This document shows, piece after piece, positions 55,726-63,796 of a stretch of DNA of 64,000 bases. Each line of letters begins with the position of its first letter. Position 1 is the first letter of the stretch. Made by a program: the position numbers and the translations under genes. This DNA is from an uncultured Acidobacteriaceae bacterium. GTDB lineage: Bacteria; Acidobacteriota; Terriglobia; Terriglobales; Acidobacteriaceae. Where the stretch lies: contig CAWAFB010000026.1 of the NCBI GenBank assembly GCA_963781245.1, positions 17,304 to 81,303 on the forward strand. Direction: 5' to 3'. The notes under the pieces were generated by a model. It made no database searches and was not told the origin of the DNA. It was given only the letters and a program-made list of their open reading frames with translations.

Positions 55726-56973
55726 ATGCCTGACTACACAATTCAATCCATCTCAACGTATGATGCTCGGTTTGTCTTGCCTCCGGGTGCTGGTACAGAC
55801 TCGATTCACGCAACTTCCGAATACTGCCTGGCAATGACATTGTTGTCGACGCAGGACGGTCCCCGGGGATCAGGTTTCGTCCTGACGCTCGGCGACGGCA
55901 ATATCCTGGTTTGCAAAGCAATCGAGATGCTGGCGAAACCTCTTAAGGGCATGTCCATCGAAGCCGTAATGGCCGACTTCGGAAATATATCCCGAAGCAT
56001 CGCGGATCACGCTGCACTACGCTGGCTCGGACCTCACAAGGGTGTTGTGCAATTGGCATTGGCGTCCATAACCAACGCGTGCTTCGATCTGTGGGCAAAG
56101 AGCCGAGGCGTACCCCTCTGGAAGCTGTTGCTTGATCTCAAACCGGAGGAACTCGTCCAAGTCCTGGACCTGAGTTATCTCGAAGAGATACTCAGCGAAG
56201 CAAAGGCTCTCTCGATGTTGCGTGAGCAGCTTCCCAGCCGCACACAACGGGAAGTCATCTTAAAGTGTGGCTATCCCGGCTATGACACATCCGTGGGCTG
56301 GATGGACTACGACGATAAAAAGGTCACGGAATTGACAAAGAAGGCTCTGGATCAGGGATTCTCCGCATTCAAATTGAAGGTCGGTTCGCGGGAAGAAAGT
56401 CGAGATCTGCGGCGTGCAGCGATGCTGCGCAACCTGATTGGAGAAGAGAGCACGTTGATGTTCGATGCCAACCAGCACTGGCCTCTTACTGACGCCCTTC
56501 GTATCTGTGGAGAACTGGCGAATTTCCGTCCCCACTGGATCGAAGAGCCGACCCATCCCGATGACATACACGCTCACGTGGAATTATCTCGTGCGGTGAG
56601 CCCAATCAAGATTGCGGCCGGAGAACACATCGCAAACCGTGTTCTGTTCAAGAACTTTATGCAGGCAAAGGCGTTATCGTTCATCCAGGTGGATTGCACC
56701 AGGGTCGCAGGCGTCAGTGAGTTCCTGACTGTCAGTTTCCTTGCGAAGATCTTCGATCTTCCTGTGGTCCCGCACGTTGGCGACATGGGACAAATGCATC
56801 AGCACCTGGTTCTCTTCAACCATATCGGGCTGGGGCTCAAAGCAGAGTTCCTCGAGTACATTCCTCACCTTCGGACTCACTTTATCCATCCAGCGCAAGT
56901 GAAGGATGGTGTCTATCAGATCCCCCAGGAACCTGGCGCCTCGGCGGATCTGAAGGTGCTGTCTTACGCTTAG
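55726..56973 (+). CDS. fucD: enolase-superfamily dehydratase, L-fuconate dehydratase-like
   Basis: 415 aa, mandelate racemase/muconate-lactonizing family layout (FKLKVG, MFDANQ, WIEEP). The N-terminus resembles FucD-type enzymes. Specificity is inferred. Confidence 0.6.
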   Translation: MPDYTIQSISTYDARFVLPPGAGTDSIHATSEYCLAMTLLSTQDGPRGSGFVLTLGDGNILVCKAIEMLAKPLKGMSIEAVMADFGNISRSIADHAALRWLGPHKGVVQLALASITNACFDLWAKSRGVPLWKLLLDLKPEELVQVLDLSYLEEILSEAKALSMLREQLPSRTQREVILKCGYPGYDTSVGWMDYDDKKVTELTKKALDQGFSAFKLKVGSREESRDLRRAAMLRNLIGEESTLMFDANQHWPLTDALRICGELANFRPHWIEEPTHPDDIHAHVELSRAVSPIKIAAGEHIANRVLFKNFMQAKALSFIQVDCTRVAGVSEFLTVSFLAKIFDLPVVPHVGDMGQMHQHLVLFNHIGLGLKAEFLEYIPHLRTHFIHPAQVKDGVYQIPQEPGASADLKVLSYA

Positions 56974-57046
56974 CTGGCTCAGCAATCTGCTGTGCGTCCG
57001 CGGTCTTCGCAGAGCAGACCACTTCTAGCGATCTCGGATCCTTTTT

Positions 57047-57892
57047 ATGGGTAATGCTTGCGTTGATGCACACCAGCACTTGTGGCGCTATCTTGCTCCG
57101 GGGCCTGCCTGGATGGCAGATGGCATGGAGGGCTTGCGCCGAAATTTTCTGCTGGATGACCTCCGGGCGGTAACCGCAGACTCAGGTGTCACTAGCACGA
57201 TCGTTGTTGAGACTGAAAGGACCACGGAAGAGACAGTATGGCTCAGCCAACTTGCTGCAGAGAGCGAGTTGATTTGTGGTGTTGTGGGGTGGGTGCCTCT
57301 AACAACTCCAGCAGCTGAGTCACAGCTGGAACGAATAGCTAGTCTCCCAAAACTGAAAGCAGTACGTCATCCGATTCATGATGAATCGGATGATCAGTTC
57401 GTCTTGCGAAACGACTTCAACCGCAGCATCGCAGCATTGAGGCGGTTTGATCTCAGGTACGACATTCTGATCTTTGAGCAACATCTTCCCCAAACGATTC
57501 GATTTGTGGATCGGCATCCGAGGCAAGTGTTCATTCTCGACCACGCTGCCAAACCGCGCATTCGCGATGCCGTACTTTCCCCATGGAAAGAGAACATGCG
57601 AGAACTTGCTCGAAGACCGAATGTTTACTGCAAGATTTCCGGCATGGTGACAGAGGCGGACTGGAAAACTTGGTCTGATGCAAGCCTTTCTCCATATATC
57701 GAAACCGTTTTGCAGGCTTTCACTCCGAAACGCGTCATGTTCGGTTCGGACTGGCCTGTCGTGACTCTGGCCTCTTCATATAAACGATGGATCGGCACCG
57801 TGCGAACTGCGATAGAGCAACTGTCAGCGACAGAAAGAGAGTGGATTCTCGCGAAGACGGCCATCGAAGCCTACGGTCTCTCGCTGACCTAG
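57047..57892 (+). CDS. amidohydrolase_2-family protein (L-fucono-lactonase-like)
   Basis: An N-terminal DAHQHLW metal motif, 281 aa, and a fucose-pathway context. Confidence 0.65.
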   Translation: MGNACVDAHQHLWRYLAPGPAWMADGMEGLRRNFLLDDLRAVTADSGVTSTIVVETERTTEETVWLSQLAAESELICGVVGWVPLTTPAAESQLERIASLPKLKAVRHPIHDESDDQFVLRNDFNRSIAALRRFDLRYDILIFEQHLPQTIRFVDRHPRQVFILDHAAKPRIRDAVLSPWKENMRELARRPNVYCKISGMVTEADWKTWSDASLSPYIETVLQAFTPKRVMFGSDWPVVTLASSYKRWIGTVRTAIEQLSATEREWILAKTAIEAYGLSLT

Positions 57893-57971
57893 ATCGCAAC
57901 GACCGCACGATCGAAATTGCTAAGAATCCGATCCATCACAAATACGCAATGGTAATAAAAGACAACCCAAT

Positions 57972-59057
57972 ATGACTCCGACAATCGAAAACCCGAGTTG
58001 GGGAGAAAAAAGAGACGGTGCGCACGTGGGTTCAATTGCGGATAACTCCGCGGTAGATCTCTACACGCTGAAGGATGAAGGCATCGAGGTGGAAGTCATC
58101 AGCTATGGTGCCCGCATCGTCTCCATTCGCACACCGGATCTATACGGGAAGATAGCAAATGTGGTTCTCGGCTATTCTCACCTGGGAAGCTATATTGCTG
58201 ACCAGGCGTCCTATCTTGGAGCGGCTGTAAGGCGTTACGCGAACCGCATCGCTTCTGGTCGATTCTCAATCGGGCGATCACAGTTATCAAGCCTCAACGA
58301 ACAACCACGGCAATATACATTGCATGGTGGAATATCCGGATTCGACCGTCGGGTCTGGTCAGCGCAGCCGTTCTCCTCCGGAGTAGATCTGGCACTTGAA
58401 AGTGAGCACGGCGACCAGGGCTTCCCGGGAAATCTGAGAGTCCGTGTCCGCTATTCGATTTTGCCCAACGCCCTTCGCATCGACTATTTCTCTTCAACCG
58501 ACCAAACAACCGTAGTCAACCTGACGAATCACACCTATTTCAATCTCTCGGCGTGCAGCGATACGACGATCCTTGAGGACAAACTGACGATTGCGGCGGA
58601 CCAGTTTACTCCGATTGATTCACTCTTGATCCCCACTGGAAAGCTGTGTCCCGTGGAGGGTACGCCTTTTGATTTTCACTCTCCGAGCGTGATCGGTGCA
58701 CGGATTGATAGCGATCACGAGCAATTGAAGTTTGCAGACGGGTACGATCACAACTTCGTCTTGAATGGGTCACGCGGTGAATTGAGAACTGTGGCGCGTC
58801 TCAGCAATCCACGAAGCGGTCGTACCGTTACCGTTTCCACTACGGAACCGGGACTGCACCTCTACACCGGCAATTTCTTGGACGGCACTCGGTACGGCGA
58901 AGCCCAGGAGGGACACCGAAGACGCTCCGGGCTCTGCATGGAGACACAGCATTTCCCGGATTCACCCCATCATCCGAATTTTCCTTCAACAGAGTTACAT
59001 CCGGGACAAGCGGGACGCAGCACGACGCTCTTTGAATTTTCAGCGATACGCCAATGA
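57972..59057 (+). CDS. galM: aldose 1-epimerase (galactose mutarotase family)
   Basis: 361 aa with NLTNHTYFNL, HGG and a C-terminal ...LCMETQHFPDSPH motif set. Confidence 0.75.
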   Translation: MTPTIENPSWGEKRDGAHVGSIADNSAVDLYTLKDEGIEVEVISYGARIVSIRTPDLYGKIANVVLGYSHLGSYIADQASYLGAAVRRYANRIASGRFSIGRSQLSSLNEQPRQYTLHGGISGFDRRVWSAQPFSSGVDLALESEHGDQGFPGNLRVRVRYSILPNALRIDYFSSTDQTTVVNLTNHTYFNLSACSDTTILEDKLTIAADQFTPIDSLLIPTGKLCPVEGTPFDFHSPSVIGARIDSDHEQLKFADGYDHNFVLNGSRGELRTVARLSNPRSGRTVTVSTTEPGLHLYTGNFLDGTRYGEAQEGHRRRSGLCMETQHFPDSPHHPNFPSTELHPGQAGRSTTLFEFSAIRQ

Positions 59058-61450
59058 GAGCAATCATCGCAGCAACGCTAGTAATCGGAGCCACTTTCTC
59101 TCCTTACGCAGGGTTGGCGCAGAGTGCCAGCAAGTACACTTCCGCTTCGAGCGCGACTAGTGACTGGCCGGCATATGGAGGTCAGCTCACGAATCAGCAT
59201 TATTCGAGCCTTACCCAGATCAATCGCAGTAATGTGAAGAGGCTGAAGGTGGCTTGGATGTATGACACCGGCGAGGAGGGTGGACTCGAGACAAATCCCT
59301 TGATCGTCGGAGACACACTTTATGCATATACACCCGCCCAAAAAGTGATTGCTCTAGACGCGGTGACGGGAAGATTGTTGTGGAAGTTTGATGCAGGTAT
59401 CAAGGCGGAACAACCTGCGCGCGGAGTGGCTTATTGGACCGACGGAAAAGAGGGCAGGATTTTCGCAGGGTTAATGAACTACCTCTATGCGCTCGATCCG
59501 AAAACTGGCAAACCAATTCCTTCGTTTGGCGATGAAGGAAGAGTCGACCTCAGAAAGAATCTGCGGGGCGATTACCAGCTTCAGTCGATTGCGCTTACCA
59601 CTCCAGGCATCGTGTACAAGGATCTCATCATCGTAGGCGGCGAGATGCCGGAGACACTTCCAGCTCCGCCTGGCGATATCCGTGCGTTCGATGTCCACAC
59701 TGGTGCGCTTCGCTGGAGCTTTCATACGATTCCGCATCCCGGCGAGTATGGGTATGAAACGTGGCCTTCGAACGCATGGAAGACATCTGGCGCTGCCAAT
59801 AATTGGGCCGGCATGTCAGTCGATATGGAGCGTGGGATTGTGTATGTCCCAACGGGTTCGGCATCGTTCGATTTCTATGGAGGCGACAGGATAGGTGACG
59901 ATCTCTTTGCGGATACATTGTTGGCGCTCGATGCCTCTAGCGGAAAGCGACTCTGGCATTTCCAGGATGTACATCACGACATTTGGGATCGAGATTTTCC
60001 GTCAGCTCCAACCCTTTTGACAGTGACTCATCACGGAAAGCGCGTGGACGCCGTCGCACAAACCACCAAGACTGGCTACCTTTATCTCTTCGATCGCGTG
60101 ACCGGTGAGCCGTTGTTTCCGATCGAAGAACACAGTTATCCAGCAAGCACCGTTCCCGGAGAAGTCGCGTCGCCAACACAACCTAGACCGGTCAAGCCTG
60201 CTCCATATGCCCGGCAATCGCTCACCGAAGACATGTTGACCAATCGAACGCCTGAAGCACATGCGTGGGCGGTCGATAAATTCCGCAGCTTTCGTAGCGA
60301 CGGTTTGTTTGTCCCATTTGGATTGGACAAACAGACCGTCATATTTCCTGGATTCGACGGCGGAGCGGAGTGGGGCGGTCCTGCAGTCGATCGAAAAACA
60401 GGCGTTGTTTACGTCAACGCCAATGAAATGGCCTGGACAGGAGGACTAATAGCGGACAAACGTGCCCGCACCGCGGGAGAGATGATTTATCGGAGTCAGT
60501 GCGGTGTCTGTCATGGAGTTGATAGAAGCGGATCACCGCCGGCCTTCCCATCGCTGATCGGAATCAGCAAGAAGCTTACCGAAACAGAAATTATCGCAAT
60601 TATCCATCAAGGAAAAGGGAGAATGCCGACCTTCCCTAACCTGACAGCCTCCCAACTGATGAGTTTGCTGCAGTTTCTGCACGACGAGCCTGCTGCCTCC
60701 GGTAGAACTCAGCCGGCGAGCGACAAGCAAGAGATGGTTTCGGTCGCGGCAGACTCTGCCAAGACCGACCCAAAAGGGGCAGAGGTCTACCAGGAGCACT
60801 GTGCAATCTGTCATGGCGAACATATGGAAGGAATCACTCCATCTTTCCCCACGCTGATAGGTGCCGGTCAACGCTTGGCCAAAGACCAGGTCGTGACGCT
60901 CATTCACCAGGGAAAAGGAAGGATGCCGGCCTTCCCGAAATTACACTCGGAAGAACTGGATTCTCTGCTGCGCTATCTGAAAATCTCAGATTCGCTGGAA
61001 ATCCCCGGTTCTGATGAACCACAATATAGTTTTACCGGCTATCGCAAATTTCTGGATCCCGATCATTTTCCCGCCATCGCTCCGCCATGGGGCACGCTCA
61101 GCGCAATTGATCTCAATACTGGGAACTACTTGTGGAAGATTCCGCTGGGTGAGTATCCGGCCCTCGCGGCAAAAGGCATGAAGAATACAGGGTCAGAGAA
61201 TTACGGTGGCCCCATCGTGACAGCTGGTGGGTTGGTTTTCATTGGTGCCACTCTTTACGACAACAAATTCCACGCCTTCGACAGCCATAACGGAAAGCTG
61301 TTGTGGGAAGCCCAGCTTCCCTACGCTGGGCGCGCAACTCCGGCGACATTCATGATCCAGGGAAAGCAGTACATTGTTATCGCAACCGGTGGTGGCAGAT
61401 ATCAGATCGCTCCGGCTAGGGGAGTTTATGTCGCATTCTCGTTGCCCTGA
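59054..61450 (+). CDS. PQQ-dependent dehydrogenase beta-propeller with two internal c-type cytochrome domains
   Basis: Signal peptide, propeller sequence with W-motifs, and two CxxCH sites (CGVCHG, CAICHG) followed by GKGRMP(T/A)FP repeats. The start ATG overlaps the galM stop (ATGA). Confidence 0.7.
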   Translation: MRAIIAATLVIGATFSPYAGLAQSASKYTSASSATSDWPAYGGQLTNQHYSSLTQINRSNVKRLKVAWMYDTGEEGGLETNPLIVGDTLYAYTPAQKVIALDAVTGRLLWKFDAGIKAEQPARGVAYWTDGKEGRIFAGLMNYLYALDPKTGKPIPSFGDEGRVDLRKNLRGDYQLQSIALTTPGIVYKDLIIVGGEMPETLPAPPGDIRAFDVHTGALRWSFHTIPHPGEYGYETWPSNAWKTSGAANNWAGMSVDMERGIVYVPTGSASFDFYGGDRIGDDLFADTLLALDASSGKRLWHFQDVHHDIWDRDFPSAPTLLTVTHHGKRVDAVAQTTKTGYLYLFDRVTGEPLFPIEEHSYPASTVPGEVASPTQPRPVKPAPYARQSLTEDMLTNRTPEAHAWAVDKFRSFRSDGLFVPFGLDKQTVIFPGFDGGAEWGGPAVDRKTGVVYVNANEMAWTGGLIADKRARTAGEMIYRSQCGVCHGVDRSGSPPAFPSLIGISKKLTETEIIAIIHQGKGRMPTFPNLTASQLMSLLQFLHDEPAASGRTQPASDKQEMVSVAADSAKTDPKGAEVYQEHCAICHGEHMEGITPSFPTLIGAGQRLAKDQVVTLIHQGKGRMPAFPKLHSEELDSLLRYLKISDSLEIPGSDEPQYSFTGYRKFLDPDHFPAIAPPWGTLSAIDLNTGNYLWKIPLGEYPALAAKGMKNTGSENYGGPIVTAGGLVFIGATLYDNKFHAFDSHNGKLLWEAQLPYAGRATPATFMIQGKQYIVIATGGGRYQIAPARGVYVAFSLP

Positions 61451-61552
61451 TCTCGGGTATCGAAGCGCGGAGCAAAATTTTCGGGATGGAACTCAGGGTG
61501 TAGGAGTCGATGAAACTATGCCATCTATCTACGACACGGCGCTCAATGTTGA

Positions 61553-61828
61553 ATGCGCACATTCGCTCGTTTGTCGATGAGGCAAACCTGGGCTGCCGAA
61601 TATGGACCAAAGGGGGTCCGCGTGAACACAGTGAGTCCAGGACCCACACGCACGGAGGGTACGGAGGCGATGGGCGAGGGTCTCGAACAGCTAGCCGCCC
61701 AGGCGCCCGCGGGACGTCCGGCAACAGCCGATGAAATTGCAGAAGCAATTGTCTTCCTGGCGACAGACCGCGCCAGCTTCATTCACGGCGCAAAACTCGC
61801 CGTGGATGGAGGGCGCACCGCCATCTGA
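61553..61828 (+). pseudogene. SDR-family oxidoreductase, C-terminal third only
   Basis: ...TWAAEYGPKGVRVNTVSPGPTRT...ADEIAEAIVFLATDRASFIHGAKLAVDGG. The Rossmann and catalytic regions are missing, and only about 100 nt separate it from the upstream gene. Confidence 0.65.
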
Positions 61829-62067
61829 ATAAATCCGGCAACTCAGCCGCTTTCAATCGCCCAATTCTGCTCGCCGGTCTCACCTGTGCGTTAGAACCAA
61901 GGCTAAGGTTTGGGCAGAGGTCGTGGGTTTGATATGGGTTCGATAACGGTTCCCGATCGTTCCTTACAGCGCCAAAAGAAGCCATCTGTTTTCGCTGTTA
62001 CGGTCATCCGCGGGTTACGCGGGTGACCCCATCCAATCGCAAATCAGAAGCCAATTAGGGGCCTGCA

Positions 62068-62095
62068 CGACTCGGCGCTGTACCGCCTGTGCACC
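62068..62095. repeat. conserved 28-nt block distal to the island-borne tRNA (paired with 41962-41989)
   Basis: See 41962-41989. Confidence 0.6.
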
Positions 62096-62129
62096 CAAAA
62101 TAGGTTGGATAAACGTGGAAATGGTGATT

Positions 62130-62206
62130 TGGTGGGCCTACCAGGACTCGAACCTGGAACCAAAGCATTATGAGTGCTCTGCTCTAACCGATTGAGCTAT
62201 AGGCCC
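62130..62206 (-). tRNA. tRNA with anticodon CAT (Met or lysidine-type Ile2), second copy
   Basis: Identical to 42010-42086 except for one base (62139 T versus 42019 C). That change turns the 6:67 pair from G-U to A-U. Confidence 0.85.
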
Positions 62207-62284
62207 TTACCGCTCGGCAATACTAAACGAGCCGAACTTAGAGTAAAGGACCGTAATCAACAGTAATTGAGCGTAATTTAGAGA

Positions 62285-62322
62285 TTATGAGTCCCCTGCT
62301 CTGACCATTGAGCTACAGGCCT
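62285..62322 (-). pseudogene. tRNA(CAT) 5' half: acceptor 5' strand, D arm, 5' anticodon stem and loop, with no 3' half
   Basis: The reverse complement reads AGGCCTG-TA-GCTC-AATGGTCA-GAGC-A-GGGGA-CTCATAA, and then non-tRNA sequence follows. Confidence 0.7.
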
Positions 62323-62325
62323 TCA

Positions 62326-62703
62326 ATGACTTATTGCAACCGCAGATTTGATTGTAGCGAATTGCAGCGGGTCCTTGGCGAATCCCTGCGTCCGGTTTCG
62401 GAAGCTTACCTGCACGGGCGTTTAGTACTTCGAGTCGCTGAAATGCACGTTCCACAGCTTCAGGGGAAGGATGCACGTACGCTGGCTCACAGTGACGCTA
62501 CTGTGGCCTGCGATCTTCATAGTTGTAAATGCTTCGGCACCTGCCTCTCCTAGCCGGGTGAGCATTGTGTGTCGTAAAGAATGCAGTACAAACTCTTTCG
62601 AGAAGCGATAAACACGTTTCCCTCTGACCGTGGTATGGGCGACCTTTGCATGCATATGATCGAGCGATGTCACAAGGAATAGTCGGCTTCGAATGATGCT
62701 CAC
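62326..62703 (-). pseudogene. tyrosine integrase remnant: N-terminally truncated and frameshifted at the catalytic Tyr codon
   Basis: ...FVLHSLRHTMLTRLGEAGAEAFTTMKIAGHSSVTVSQR, then a frame change. Restoring one T near 62479 gives QRYVHPSPEAVERAFQRLE. The downstream frame reads into the tRNA half. Confidence 0.75.
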
Positions 62704-62952
62704 CTGCGGTCTGAGCGCTCAGTCACTGAGAGGGAGGTGGGGTCAAATCTCTGTGGAGTTTCAACCTTTAGACCGTTCTGGCGTGAAATTTGTGCTTCCC
62801 TCAAAAAAGATTTTTTAAGGTGGCGGTGAAGAAGTCGCCAGGTTCAACTGACGCCTAGACGCGGAGCCACGCGCTCACAAATGCCCGCTCGGGGGCACGA
62901 CAGCAGAGCTGATTCAAAATGGTTGCCGTTAACGCAAGTCGGCTTAACGGAA

Positions 62953-63796
62953 GTGCGCGCTGAGCAGCACGTTGTTCAGGAGGGTTAAAGTCCCTCTGGC
63001 GCCCAAATGAGGGGCGCCATATCCAAAAGCGGGGTTCGTAGCCTCGCCGGCCGGAGAAAGTGGAAGGTATGGAGACGTCTAAACGGGCACGAAGGCGAAA
63101 GCTGGACACAGCCAAGACGGACCTGAAGCCGCCGCTTGTGGTACTCCGGAGGGCAGGGTGTCCACCGTGAGGTGGGATCCGAAGGGCATGAGGAGAAGTA
63201 CCGGGCCGTAATCGATGGGGAAACCCAAGATGAACCGGTCGGCCAAAGGTGGGACAAGGTCGAGTCTGCACTTCTGAGACGAAGGCGTTCTCATTCACCC
63301 ACCGCACCAAGGTGTTTGCGGACGGCACGGTACGGAAGAACAGCGTGTGACCTCAGGAGGACTGATCAAGTCTCCGGGTGGCAACCGGAGTAAGCAAGCC
63401 TATAAGCGTAAGCGAAGTGGTGAGTGATGCTCGGTCAGTAGTCGGACTGCCAAATATTACCTCAAGCGCGGCGAAAGCCGCGTGACCGAGTGATCGGCGG
63501 CTAGAGTGGGTCGGGGAAGGTGGCAGGCGAAGGCAGGAAGGAAGAGACGGGCAGTCAGCAGAGTAAGGATGATGAGGTGGATCAGTTCGCTTAGCGAAAA
63601 ACCCGTACATCATCGTCCGAGGATACTGAAGGCCCGACCCAACCGGACGGGTGAAACGAATGGCCCACTTGTTCGTTGCCTTTTCGTTGCATCTTGGAGT
63701 CCCGTGTCTTCGTGAAAGCCGTGTGCGGGAAAACTGCATGCACGGTTTGGGCGGCGGACGGAGGCCAGCGCGTAAGCGCGCCTCCTCCGACCCGAC
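62953..63796 (+). mobile_element. ORF-less group II intron-like ribozyme, copy 2 (about 844 nt)
   Basis: 5' GTGCG. Domain V is at 63716-63748 (AAGCCGTGTGCGGGAAAACTGCATGCACGGTTT). Domain VI ends ...CCGACCCGAC. It is roughly 85% identical to copy 1 by eye, except for a divergent domain IV stub. Confidence 0.8.

Larger units (their letters stand above)
42172..62283. mobile_element. putative integrated island 2 (about 20.1 kb), bounded by core copies at 42164-42171 and 62284-62291
   Basis: A P arm at the low end. The high end has a 77-nt spacer, a full tRNA(CAT), the conserved block, and then the junction with a tRNA 5' half. Cargo is a fucose/fucoside locus. No integrase inside. Confidence 0.5.

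Noticed and set aside
61880-61960. tRNA-like T-arm words (GAGGTCGTGGGTTTGAT, GGGTTCGATAACGG) on the plus strand
   Set aside because: I could not fold any cloverleaf or even a convincing T stem-loop. This is possibly a very decayed tRNA remnant, but it is not supportable.
62285-62476. 63-aa ORF MHPSPEAVERAFQRLE...SSMVRAGDS
   Set aside because: It is not an independent gene. Its first part is the shifted C-terminus of the integrase remnant, and its last 13 codons or so are a read-through of the tRNA 5' half.
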